Source of the DNA: Phycisphaerales bacterium
GTDB taxonomy: Bacteria; Planctomycetota; Phycisphaerae; Phycisphaerales; UBA1924
Assembly (NCBI GenBank): GCA_028284805.1
Contig: JANQQZ010000084.1
Location: forward strand, 5,248-69,247
Direction of reading: 5' to 3'
DNA length: 64,000 bases
Positions 25,868 through 34,685 of the stretch are shown here, one piece after another. How positions within the stretch are numbered: position 1 is the first letter of the stretch; each line of letters starts with the position of its first letter. The notes beneath the pieces were generated by a model. The model was not told where the DNA came from, did not search any database, and saw only the letters and a program-made list of their open reading frames with translations. A program made the position numbers and the translations under genes.

Positions 25868-26256
25868 GGCGGATCGTCCTTCGACTCGACCGGTGCATCG
25901 ACGATGTTCGTCCCCAGAACCAGCCCACATTCAGGGCAGACGTCGCCCCGCAGCCCTTCGAGGTCATACCGGCACTTCGGGCATTTCGTCATTCCCCACG
26001 GCAGCGCCGCACGAGCAAGAAACGGCGCGAGGTACCACAGTCCGACGTAAGCCAAGACATAGATCAGCATCCGGATCAGCGATCGCCACAGATCATCTGG
26101 ATCAGGCGCGTACCCCACCGGGTAGTTCCCGAAGTACGTCACGAAGACCAAATCCACCGACGCGATAAAGTAGTAAATGCCGAACCCGACCGATACAACA
26201 CGCATCGCACCCACCAGAATGCGGCGAGCACGGTACGTGAACTGGTCGTCGGTCAT
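25864..26256 (-). CDS. small membrane protein with C-terminal CxxC...CPECG zinc ribbon (paralog S3)
   Basis: 130 aa with TM helices followed by KCPKCRYDLEGLRGDVCPECGLVLG. Its start lies 3 nt after the upstream gene's stop. Confidence 0.7.
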   Translation of the reverse strand: MTDDQFTYRARRILVGAMRVVSVGFGIYYFIASVDLVFVTYFGNYPVGYAPDPDDLWRSLIRMLIYVLAYVGLWYLAPFLARAALPWGMTKCPKCRYDLEGLRGDVCPECGLVLGTNIVDAPVESKDDPP

Positions 26257-26259
26257 CGC

Positions 26260-27390
26260 TCAGTGTCCAAACAGGTTCTTCTGCCCGAACATCCCCGCTT
26301 CTTCGAAGTGCTGCAACGCCTCGTCCACGCTCCCGAAGATCTTCGTCGAGGTCTCCGTGATGAACGGGCTCGGGGGCTTGGCGGGCTTCCACACCACGTA
26401 GACCTCCTTCGCGTGCTCGAAGGCGTGCTGGAGCTCGCGTTCGACGCCGCTCGAGAGCCCAGGGGTGCCGCCCGGGAGCTCGGGCACGAGGCTCACGATC
26501 ATGTCGGCCTGATCGATCAGCTTGAAGTCGCGCATGTAGATCTGGCCGTCGATGTCGCCCGCGATGTCGAGCACGTCGCGCGTCTTCATGCGGATGGGCG
26601 CCGCCGAAGCGCCCTTGGCCTCTCCCCCGAGCGCCACGACCTCGTGGTCGAAGAAGTCCTGCCCATTCTTCGCGGCCTCGACACCCCGATCGAGCAGCAG
26701 CTTCTCGTCCACGTCGCCCGGATCGAACGTGATGAAGTGCTCGGCGAGCGCATCGCGGAACTGATCAATCTCCGCCTGCACGTCGGGCATGCCCACGACG
26801 TGGCTCATCGGGAAGCTGGGGTAGACCGTCTTCAGGTCGGGGCGTGTCACCAGGCGGAACATGGTCCGCTCCGTCGTCGCGTGACGGCCGCGGCTGACGA
26901 TGTAGAACCTGCTCCCGGGCACCGCCTGGCTCATCAGCTCGGTCGCCAGGATCTCCTCCTCGCGCCAGACCATCAGGTCTTTCAGGTTGGCATCGATCAC
27001 GTGCTCGCCGTGCAGGCGTTCGTGCACGACCTCGATGTTGTCGACCAGACAGATGAACAGGTCGGGCTTGAAGGCCTGGATCTGATCGAAGTCGAACGCG
27101 CTGAACAGGCCGTGCCGCCAGCGGAACGTCGCGTGCGTGTTGACGATCACGTTGTCCATGTCCTGCGCGCCCATGATCGCGTCCTTGAACGCGGCCCGGC
27201 GCAGCGAGTTCAGACGGCTCAGCGGCAGATCGAGGATCCGGCCCGGCTTGACGTCGCGGGCCTCCTGGTACATCAGGTCGCCGATGTGGAAGACCTCCAC
27301 GGGCTCCCCCTGCTCGCCTGCGAACGAGCGCACCGCCTCGAGGTACTGCTTCTTGTCCATGCCGACCTGGCCCGTCACGATCGCACGCAT
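26260..27390 (-). CDS. conserved hypothetical two-domain protein (kinase-like N-half, nucleoside 2-deoxyribosyltransferase-like C-half; tentative)
   Basis: From the internal Met (MRAIVTGQVGMDKK...) of ORF 26260..27588, preceded by GGAAGGGG. The N-terminal segment is a degenerate P-loop. The C-terminal QADMIVSLVPE...GTPGLSSGVERELQHAFEHAKEVYVVW resembles the NDT-like fold. The function call has low confidence. Confidence 0.65.
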   Translation of the reverse strand: MRAIVTGQVGMDKKQYLEAVRSFAGEQGEPVEVFHIGDLMYQEARDVKPGRILDLPLSRLNSLRRAAFKDAIMGAQDMDNVIVNTHATFRWRHGLFSAFDFDQIQAFKPDLFICLVDNIEVVHERLHGEHVIDANLKDLMVWREEEILATELMSQAVPGSRFYIVSRGRHATTERTMFRLVTRPDLKTVYPSFPMSHVVGMPDVQAEIDQFRDALAEHFITFDPGDVDEKLLLDRGVEAAKNGQDFFDHEVVALGGEAKGASAAPIRMKTRDVLDIAGDIDGQIYMRDFKLIDQADMIVSLVPELPGGTPGLSSGVERELQHAFEHAKEVYVVWKPAKPPSPFITETSTKIFGSVDEALQHFEEAGMFGQKNLFGH

Positions 27391-27568
27391 ACCAAACCCC
27401 TTCCACCGGTCCCGGAACCTGTGATGGTAAGGTTGGCCGCCCTCCGGGGGCCGGAATCGCACAAAATCACCCGCTCCACGGTCGCCGCTCTGGCGGCAGA
27501 AGCGAGGATCCGGTTCAATGGCTCCGGGGCGATTCGCCTCTGGTGCAGACGACGAGGGATCCACGAAC

Positions 27569-28633
27569 ATGCCAGGACGAGCCGCCACGCTATCGATCGC
27601 CGCTGTCGCTCTGGCCTCAGCGACGACCTCGGCTGCCCAGCTCGGCGCATCCTGCCCACTCGCTTTGACACCAGCCCAGGCGCTGGAGGCCCGCGCGAAC
27701 CTCGAGGCCGGGCTCTACGACGCCCCGCCGATCGCGAGCCTCGGCACGACGGTCATCCCCATCGTCGCCCATGTCGTCCGCCGATCCGACGGCACAGGCG
27801 GGCTCAGCCAGGTCGACCTCGACCAGAGCTTCCTCGACGCCCAGGCCCACTTCACGCCGGGCGGCTTCGAGCTCTGCGTCGCCGACGTGCTGTTCATCGA
27901 CGACGACGGCTTCTACTCGGGCATCGACTCGATGGCGGAGCTCGATACGCTCCGCTCGACCAACCCCGTGCAAGGAGCGATCAACATCTACTTCACCGAG
28001 GAGCTGTCCTCGGGCGGCTCCACCATCTGCGGGATGTCCTCCTTCACCTTCTCGAGCGTGCAGGGCATCGTCGTCCGCAACGCGTGTACCGCGGCAGGGA
28101 GCAACACCTCGACGCTCGCGCACGAGATCGGACACTACTTCGATCTCTTCCACACGCACGAGAACGCGCTGGGCACCGAGTGCGTCGACGGGTCGAACTG
28201 CACAACCAACGGCGACCAGCTCTGCGACACCCCCGCCGATCCCAACGTGCTGGGTGAGGTTGACACCTCTTGCACCTGGTTCGGCTCCGCGAGCGACCCC
28301 TGCGGAAGCGGGCTCCCCTTCGACCCGCCCGTTTTCAACCTGATGAGCTACAGCACCACCGCGTGTCGCCAGCAGTTCACGCCCCAGCAACTCGGCCGCG
28401 TGCTCGCGACGCTGACCAACCTGCGCACCGACCTCGACCCGGCTCTCTGCGAGCCCGCCTGCGACAGCCCCGCCGACGCCAACGCCGACGGCGAGCTCAC
28501 CCCCGCCGACTTCAACGCCTGGATCCTCGCCTTCAACACCAACGATCCCATCGCCGACCAGAACGCCGACGGGTTGATCAACCCGTCAGACTTCAACGCG
28601 TGGATCCTGAACTACAACGCCGGCTGCCCATAA
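27569..28633 (+). CDS. secreted zinc metalloprotease, M43 (pappalysin/cytophagalysin)-like, with GC-ended dockerin-like tail (Cys-poor variant)
   Basis: It has a signal peptide, the metzincin motif HEIGHYFDLFHTH and a downstream CDTPADP. The tail is CDSPADANADGELTPADFNAWILAFNTNDPIADQNADGLINPSDFNAWILNYNAGCP (nt 28460-28633). Confidence 0.85.
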   Translation: MPGRAATLSIAAVALASATTSAAQLGASCPLALTPAQALEARANLEAGLYDAPPIASLGTTVIPIVAHVVRRSDGTGGLSQVDLDQSFLDAQAHFTPGGFELCVADVLFIDDDGFYSGIDSMAELDTLRSTNPVQGAINIYFTEELSSGGSTICGMSSFTFSSVQGIVVRNACTAAGSNTSTLAHEIGHYFDLFHTHENALGTECVDGSNCTTNGDQLCDTPADPNVLGEVDTSCTWFGSASDPCGSGLPFDPPVFNLMSYSTTACRQQFTPQQLGRVLATLTNLRTDLDPALCEPACDSPADANADGELTPADFNAWILAFNTNDPIADQNADGLINPSDFNAWILNYNAGCP

Positions 28634-28727
28634 CCCTGGGAGGTCCCGCCGGCTTGCACAAGATTCACTTTTGATCCACCGCGGGTGCCGGTACGCTGTA
28701 TGCAATTCTTGTTCTGGAGGAACCGAG

Positions 28728-31298
28728 ATGCGCACGTCCCTGTCGATTGTCCTCGTGTCTGGCCTTGCCTCGAGCACCGCCGGTCAGTCCGTCCCGGCGG
28801 AGCTAGCCGATCTCGTCCGCGTCGACAGCCCCGACGCGATCGTGCGCGTGATCGGTGAGCTGGACTCGCCCGACGCCGACCCCGCGGTCATCGAGGTCGT
28901 CGCGCCGGCGTCCGTCGCGGTGACGATCGGCGACGCCGAGCCCGTCGTGCTGGGCAGCCTCTTCCTCCCCGCTGATCTGCTCGACATCCAGACCGACCCG
29001 CCCGAGGGCGACATGGGCGCCGCAGTCCGCTACCTGCCCGATGGGAGCGGCTTCATCGTGCTCAACCGCGACAGCCAGAACCTCGTCCGGTTCGACGCGA
29101 GCAACCCCTCGGTGGATCCCACCGCCATCGCGCTGCCCGAGCTGGCGGTCGGCTTCGACATCACGCCCGACGGCGCAACAGCGGTCGTCGCGAACCTCAA
29201 CGCCGACTCTGCCTCCGTTGTCGACCTGGCGACCGGGAACACGACCACCATCTCCGTGGGCGACTTCCCGGGCAGCGTGATCGTCTCGCCCGACGGGACC
29301 TACGCCGTCATCGGGTGCGGGGGCGATTCCACGCTTCACGTCATCAACCTCTCGACGCTCGCGGTCGAACGCGTGATCGGCTCGCCGCAGTTCGCGTCGA
29401 TCCTGTCCTTCGGCACCGAGAGCGCCGCGGTCGACTACCGCTTCACGACGCCTCTGGTCTTCCTCGACAACACCACCCTCGCGTTCCCCGGGCGGTTCGA
29501 CGACGTGCTCGCGTTCATCGATGTCGCGACGGGCACGCGCACCGACCTCGCGCTCTCTCAGACCGACCCCGCGGGCATCGACGTGGTGGGCAGCACCATC
29601 GTCGTCGGGCACGCGATCAACCCGGGCTTCGTCACGGTTATCGACGCGGGCACCCAGACCGAGCTGCGCACAATCAACACCGCCAACACCCGCGCCAACG
29701 GGCCCCTGGCCCTGAACGCCGACGCGACCAAGGTCGCTGTCGCGCTGCAGAACACGACGCGTGTTCTCGATCTGACGACCGACACGTTCGGCGGCACGCT
29801 CGACACCTCGAACCTCAACGACATCAAGCCCAACTTCGACCGCACCCGAGCGGTCGGCATCGGCTTCTCGGGCGCCGTGATCGACTTCGCAACCGGCGTC
29901 CGCCTCGCCCGGGCAAACGACCGCGTCTCCGCCGCCCACGGCGCTGTCAGCCCCACCGCCGATCAGTCCGCCATGATCTCGACCACGTTCGGCGATGACC
30001 TCGTCGTCATCGAGACCGATGCCTCGCCTGCGCTCGAGTTCTTTGGTGACTCCGGGCCGGGCACCGAGGGCGACCTGAGCCGCAACGCCGCGATCAGCGC
30101 CGACGGCACGCTCGCCGCCAGCTCCAACCTCTTCAGCGACAACCTCACCATCTTCGACACCGCTACGGGCAACCAGACCGCCCTGGGCACACTCAACGAG
30201 CGACCGGGCGAGGTCGAGCTCACCCCGGATGGCTCCACCGCGGTGGTCTGCAATCTCGATGGCTTCTTCGTGAGCATCGTCGACACCGCCACCGGTACCA
30301 GCACGCAGGTGCCGTCCGCGCGCCGCCTCGCCCAGGTCGAGATCTCACCCGACGGGCAGTTCGCCTATCTCGCGCAGGTTGCCAGCGGCGACGGCATCCG
30401 CAAGCTGGATCTCGCTACCAACTCGTTCATCGGCGGGCTCACCGCGACCGGCAACCTGGGCGGCGTCGGCTACAGCTACAGCCAGAACTCGCAGATCGCG
30501 CTGAACCCGGACGGCACCCTGCTCGCCGTCGCCAGCTCGTTCACCGACGATCTCATCCTCGTCGACACCGCGACCATGCTCGTCACCCAGACCCTCATCC
30601 CGGGCGACTTCCCGACGCGCGTCGACTGGAGCGACGATGGCCAGCTCGTGCTCGTTGCCAACCGCAACGAGGACAGCGTCACCGTCTTCAACGACATCAC
30701 AGGCACGGGCGTCTTCGGCGAGCTCGGCACCGTGAGCGTCGGCGACTCGCCCTTCGACATGCTCGTCGCGCCCGACAACGCGACCGCCTACGTGCTCAAC
30801 TGGGGCGACTCCACACTCGGTGTGATGGACCTGAACACCTTCACACAGACCGCCACCGTGCCCCTGCCCTACCGACCGATGGGCCTGAGCTTCAACGAGG
30901 ACGCGACCGAGATCCGCGTCGCGGGCGGCAGCGCAGCGACCAGCGCGGGCGGCGGCGCGTTCACGCAGACCCGCGAGGGCGAGCTGACCGTCATCGATCT
31001 CGCGACGCTCACCGTCGTCGATCAGGTCGACACGGGCCAGCCCAACGCCAGCTACGCCGCCAGTGCCGACGGCGCGACGATCGTCTACGCCTCGCCCGGC
31101 GCCGACGGGCTCGCCCTCGTCCGCGAGGACAACTGCGTCGCAGACACCAACGGCGACGGGCTGCTCACCCCGGCGGACTTCAACGGGTGGATCATCGCGT
31201 TCAACACGCAGTCGCCCGCGTGCGATCAGAACGCGGACGGGCTGTGCACGCCCGCCGACTTCAACGCATGGATCATCAACTTCAACAACGGCTGCTAG
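28728..31298 (+). CDS. secreted multi-blade beta-propeller repeat protein (YVTN/YncE-like repeats) with GC-ended dockerin-like tail
   Basis: The start is at MRTSLSIVLVSGLASSTAGQ, after GGAGG. It has many ~40-aa repeats of the type I(T/S)PDG..AVV.N..SDS(V/L)(S/T)V(I/F)D. The tail is [54 protein letters not shown] (nt 31134-31298). Confidence 0.85.
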   Translation: MRTSLSIVLVSGLASSTAGQSVPAELADLVRVDSPDAIVRVIGELDSPDADPAVIEVVAPASVAVTIGDAEPVVLGSLFLPADLLDIQTDPPEGDMGAAVRYLPDGSGFIVLNRDSQNLVRFDASNPSVDPTAIALPELAVGFDITPDGATAVVANLNADSASVVDLATGNTTTISVGDFPGSVIVSPDGTYAVIGCGGDSTLHVINLSTLAVERVIGSPQFASILSFGTESAAVDYRFTTPLVFLDNTTLAFPGRFDDVLAFIDVATGTRTDLALSQTDPAGIDVVGSTIVVGHAINPGFVTVIDAGTQTELRTINTANTRANGPLALNADATKVAVALQNTTRVLDLTTDTFGGTLDTSNLNDIKPNFDRTRAVGIGFSGAVIDFATGVRLARANDRVSAAHGAVSPTADQSAMISTTFGDDLVVIETDASPALEFFGDSGPGTEGDLSRNAAISADGTLAASSNLFSDNLTIFDTATGNQTALGTLNERPGEVELTPDGSTAVVCNLDGFFVSIVDTATGTSTQVPSARRLAQVEISPDGQFAYLAQVASGDGIRKLDLATNSFIGGLTATGNLGGVGYSYSQNSQIALNPDGTLLAVASSFTDDLILVDTATMLVTQTLIPGDFPTRVDWSDDGQLVLVANRNEDSVTVFNDITGTGVFGELGTVSVGDSPFDMLVAPDNATAYVLNWGDSTLGVMDLNTFTQTATVPLPYRPMGLSFNEDATEIRVAGGSAATSAGGGAFTQTREGELTVIDLATLTVVDQVDTGQPNASYAASADGATIVYASPGADGLALVREDNCVADTNGDGLLTPADFNGWIIAFNTQSPACDQNADGLCTPADFNAWIINFNNGC

Positions 31299-31301
31299 CC
31301 G

Positions 31302-32165
31302 TCAGCGGAAGACCACGGTCCGCCGCCCCGAGACCAGCACACGGTCGTCCAGGTGCAGACGCACCGCGTCGGCGAGGACAACCCGCTCAAGGTCGCGCCC
31401 CTTGCGGACCATCTCGGCGACCGCGTCGCGGTGGCTGACCCGCGCCGTCTGCTGCGCGATGATCGGACCCTCGTCCAGCTCGTCGGTGACGTAGTGGCTC
31501 GTGGCGCCGATCAGCTTCACGCCCCGCTCGAAGGCCTGGTGGTAGGGCCTGGCCCCCGCGAACGCGGGCAGGAAGCTGTGGTGGATGTTGACGATGCGCG
31601 CCGGGTACCGCGCGACAGCCCCCGGGCTCAGGATCTGCATGTACCGTGCGAGCACCACCAGATCCGCGCCCGCGGACCCGAGCGCCTCGAGCACGCGCGC
31701 CTCCTGCGCGGGCTTGCCGTCCGCGCCGATCGGCTCGTGCACGAACGGCACACCGGCCTGCTCGGCGAGCGACCGACCCGTCTCGTGGTTGCTCAGCACG
31801 AGCGACACCTCGCCCCCCGCGAACTCACCGTTGGCCGAGCGCCAGAGCAGGTCGCTCAGGCAGTGGGTCTCGGTGCTGCACAGGACCGCGACGCGCCTGG
31901 GCGGCGCGCCCGCCCAGCGGAGGCGGTGGGTGATCGACAGCTCACCCGCGAGCGGCGCGAACGCCGACTCGAACGCCGATGCGGGCTGCCCAGGCGAGGG
32001 CTCGAACTCGACCCGCATGAAGAACCGGCGTGTGTCGGGGTCGGTGTGCTGATCGGCGTCGAGGATGTTCCCGCCCGTGTCCGCGATGAGCGTCGCGACG
32101 CGGGCGACCACCCCGCGCGCATCCGGGCACTCGATCAGCAGTCTGGTCGTCGCCGCGTTGCCCAA
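31302..32165 (-). CDS. purU: formyltetrahydrofolate deformylase
   Basis: It has an ACT-like N-terminus (LLIECPDARGVVARVATLIADTGGNILDADQH) and a formyltransferase core (IVNIHHSFLPAFAGARPY, SHYVTDELDEGPII). The track ORF extends into sucD, so I infer an in-frame TTG start at 32165, which gives 287 aa. Confidence 0.85.
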   Translation of the reverse strand: MGNAATTRLLIECPDARGVVARVATLIADTGGNILDADQHTDPDTRRFFMRVEFEPSPGQPASAFESAFAPLAGELSITHRLRWAGAPPRRVAVLCSTETHCLSDLLWRSANGEFAGGEVSLVLSNHETGRSLAEQAGVPFVHEPIGADGKPAQEARVLEALGSAGADLVVLARYMQILSPGAVARYPARIVNIHHSFLPAFAGARPYHQAFERGVKLIGATSHYVTDELDEGPIIAQQTARVSHRDAVAEMVRKGRDLERVVLADAVRLHLDDRVLVSGRRTVVFR

Positions 32166-32169
32166 CCGG

Positions 32170-33144
32170 TCAGCCCAGGCCCATGGCCCGCGCCATGGCG
32201 GCACCCATGTCCGCCGGGCTCTCCGCGACAGTGATCCCCGCCGACTGCATCGCCTCGATCTTGCTCTCGGCGGTGCCCTTGCCGCCCGCCTCGATGATCG
32301 CGCCCGCGTGCCCCATCCGCTTGCCGGGCGGCGCGGTGCGCCCCGCGATGAACCCTGCAACGGGCTTGGAAACCTTGTTCTTCACGTACGCCGCGGCGGC
32401 CTCTTCGTCGGTCCCGCCGATCTCACCGATCATCAGGATGCCGTGGGTGTCGGGGTCGTTCTCGAACAGCTCGATCGCGTCGATGTGGTTCATGCCCCGC
32501 ACCGGGTCGCCACCGATGCCGATGCAGGTCGACTGACCCAGCCCGAGGTTCGAGGTCTGCCACACCGCCTCGTACGTCAGCGTGCCCGAGCGGCTCACGA
32601 TGCCGACCGACTTGCCGGTCTTCGCCTCGCTCACGTGCGTGTGGATGTAGCCTGGCATGATGCCGATCTTGCAGCCCGCGTCGGTGTAGGGGTCGCTGCC
32701 CGACTCCCCGGAGCCCGTCTTCGGTCCGGGTGTGATGACGCCCGGGCAGTTCGGGCCGATCAGCGTGATCCGGCTCGACGCCTCACGCCCGGCGTTCATC
32801 TCGTCGAGCACCGAGCGCACCTTCACCATGTCCTGCACCGGGATGCCCTCGGTGATCGCGCAGATCAGCTTGATGCCCGCGTCGGCCGCCTCGAGGATCG
32901 CGTCGCCCGCGAACGCCGGCGGAACGAAGATCATCGTCGCGTCCGCGCCCACGCCCTTCACCGCCGCCTCGACCGTGTCGAAGATCGGCAGCCCGTTGTC
33001 GTCCTTCGAGCCGCCCTTGCCGGGGGTCACGCCCCCCACGACCTTCGTGCCGTAGAGGTGGCAGCCCTTGGTGTGCACCGCGCCGAACGAGCCGGTGATG
33101 CCCTGACAGATGACCTTGGTAGACGCGTTGACGAGCACCGCCAT
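32170..33144 (-). CDS. sucD: succinate--CoA ligase subunit alpha
   Basis: It reads [21 protein letters not shown]..., [11 protein letters not shown], and contains the catalytic His in [11 protein letters not shown]. It has two insertions around CPGVITPG...CKIGIMPG relative to E. coli SucD as I recall it. Confidence 0.95.
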   Translation of the reverse strand: MAVLVNASTKVICQGITGSFGAVHTKGCHLYGTKVVGGVTPGKGGSKDDNGLPIFDTVEAAVKGVGADATMIFVPPAFAGDAILEAADAGIKLICAITEGIPVQDMVKVRSVLDEMNAGREASSRITLIGPNCPGVITPGPKTGSGESGSDPYTDAGCKIGIMPGYIHTHVSEAKTGKSVGIVSRSGTLTYEAVWQTSNLGLGQSTCIGIGGDPVRGMNHIDAIELFENDPDTHGILMIGEIGGTDEEAAAAYVKNKVSKPVAGFIAGRTAPPGKRMGHAGAIIEAGGKGTAESKIEAMQSAGITVAESPADMGAAMARAMGLG

Positions 33145-33226
33145 GATCGGCTCCTGCATGGTTCGGGAAGCGGGACGACGCAGGATAGCCGCCGGGCCCG
33201 CACCCCGCCCGTCGGCAGGTGGCCCG

Positions 33227-34660
33227 TCAGCACCCGTTGTTGAAGTTCACAATCCAGGCGTTGAAGTCCTGAGGCGTGCACAGCCCGTCCCCGTTCTGGT
33301 CGCACGCCGGGCTCTGCGCGTTGAACGCCACGATCCACGCGTTGAAGTCCTGGGGGCTCACCATGCCGTCCCCGTTCGTGTCCGCGCGGCAGGGCGCCTC
33401 GCCGTAGAACACGCGGATCGACACGTCGCCCGAGTAGCCGATCGCGACGTCGGTCACGCCGTCGCTGTTCAGATCGCCGAACACGATCGCCGTGCCCACC
33501 TGCGTCGCGTCGTACGTCCAGCTGGGGGCGTTCGAGAGCGTGCCTCCGTCGTTCAGATAGATGTGGGCGCGTCCGTCGCTGAAATGTACCTCGCCGAGGT
33601 CGGCGTCCCCGTCGCCGTCCACGTCGGCCGCCCGGATGTCCTGCACACCGATGAACGGCGCACCGCTCACCCAGTCCTCGGTCAGCATGGGCGTCGGGCC
33701 GGTCGACGTGTTCAGGTAGCTGGACGACGGGTTGGCCGATCCGCTCCGCCCCACGACGAAGTCGACCTTGTCGTCGCCGTCGAAGTCCGCGGCCGCGGCG
33801 CCGCGATCGGTGGTGGTACGCCCGGTCGTCCACGAGACGCCCGTGTCGAGGCTGCCCGCGTTGTTCCGGTGGATCGCCGTCTCGAAGTTGGCCCACTTGG
33901 TGACGAACACATCGTCGAACCCGTCGCCGTCGTAATCGCCGATCGCGATCGCGTTCTGGATCGAGGCCTCGTCGCTCTCCCACGCCGGAACCGTCGGCAG
34001 CGTGCCGTTGTCGTTGATGAACATGTACATCTTGCGGAACGGGTTGGGCGTCAGGCCCTGGTTCGTGGTGATCACGTCCAGGTCATCGTCGTTGTCGACG
34101 TCGAAGAGCGCCACGCCCAGGCTGAAGGTCGGAACGGGCTCGTTCGCCACCCAGCCCGCCGCCGTCGACGGGCCCGAGGGCGATCCGAAGTAGATCACGC
34201 TGTCGCTGAAACCGGTGCCTCCGTTCGACGTGAAGATGTCCGGGTGCCCGTCCTTGTTGATGTCACCGAGCTTGATGTCGGCGGTCGATGCCTGATCGTC
34301 CGACACCCAGCTCGGGTCCGCTTCGAGGCCCGACCCGGTTCCGAAGTAGACCAGGTTCTGCCAGTTGTCGTAGGGCGGGAAGCTGTTGCTGATGTAACAC
34401 CCCACCGCCAGGTCGTTGTGCCCGTCGCCGTTCAGATCGGCGATCTCGAGCGCGCCGACCTGGCGGCGCAGCGTGTTCTGCCAGTCGGGCTCGGCGCCGA
34501 ACGGCACACCCGCGCCCTCGGCAGCCCACGCCCCCTCACCGGCGTACTGCTCGAAGGTCGCGAGCGTCCGCCCGTCCTCCGACACCTCCACCTGACCGGA
34601 AGCCGACACACAGACCGCGCCCACGAGTCCCACAACCGCCAGCGCGTTGGTTCTGTGCAT
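33227..34660 (-). CDS. secreted FG-GAP/VCBS-repeat protein with GC-ended dockerin-like tail
   Basis: The start is at [23 protein letters not shown]. It has repeated DxNGDGxxD(L/V/I) FG-GAP calcium-loop motifs: [71 protein letters not shown] and [13 protein letters not shown]. The tail is [54 protein letters not shown]. Confidence 0.85.
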   Translation of the reverse strand: MHRTNALAVVGLVGAVCVSASGQVEVSEDGRTLATFEQYAGEGAWAAEGAGVPFGAEPDWQNTLRRQVGALEIADLNGDGHNDLAVGCYISNSFPPYDNWQNLVYFGTGSGLEADPSWVSDDQASTADIKLGDINKDGHPDIFTSNGGTGFSDSVIYFGSPSGPSTAAGWVANEPVPTFSLGVALFDVDNDDDLDVITTNQGLTPNPFRKMYMFINDNGTLPTVPAWESDEASIQNAIAIGDYDGDGFDDVFVTKWANFETAIHRNNAGSLDTGVSWTTGRTTTDRGAAAADFDGDDKVDFVVGRSGSANPSSSYLNTSTGPTPMLTEDWVSGAPFIGVQDIRAADVDGDGDADLGEVHFSDGRAHIYLNDGGTLSNAPSWTYDATQVGTAIVFGDLNSDGVTDVAIGYSGDVSIRVFYGEAPCRADTNGDGMVSPQDFNAWIVAFNAQSPACDQNGDGLCTPQDFNAWIVNFNNGC

Positions 34661-34685
34661 CCGAGTTCTCCACTCCGTCCAGGCC

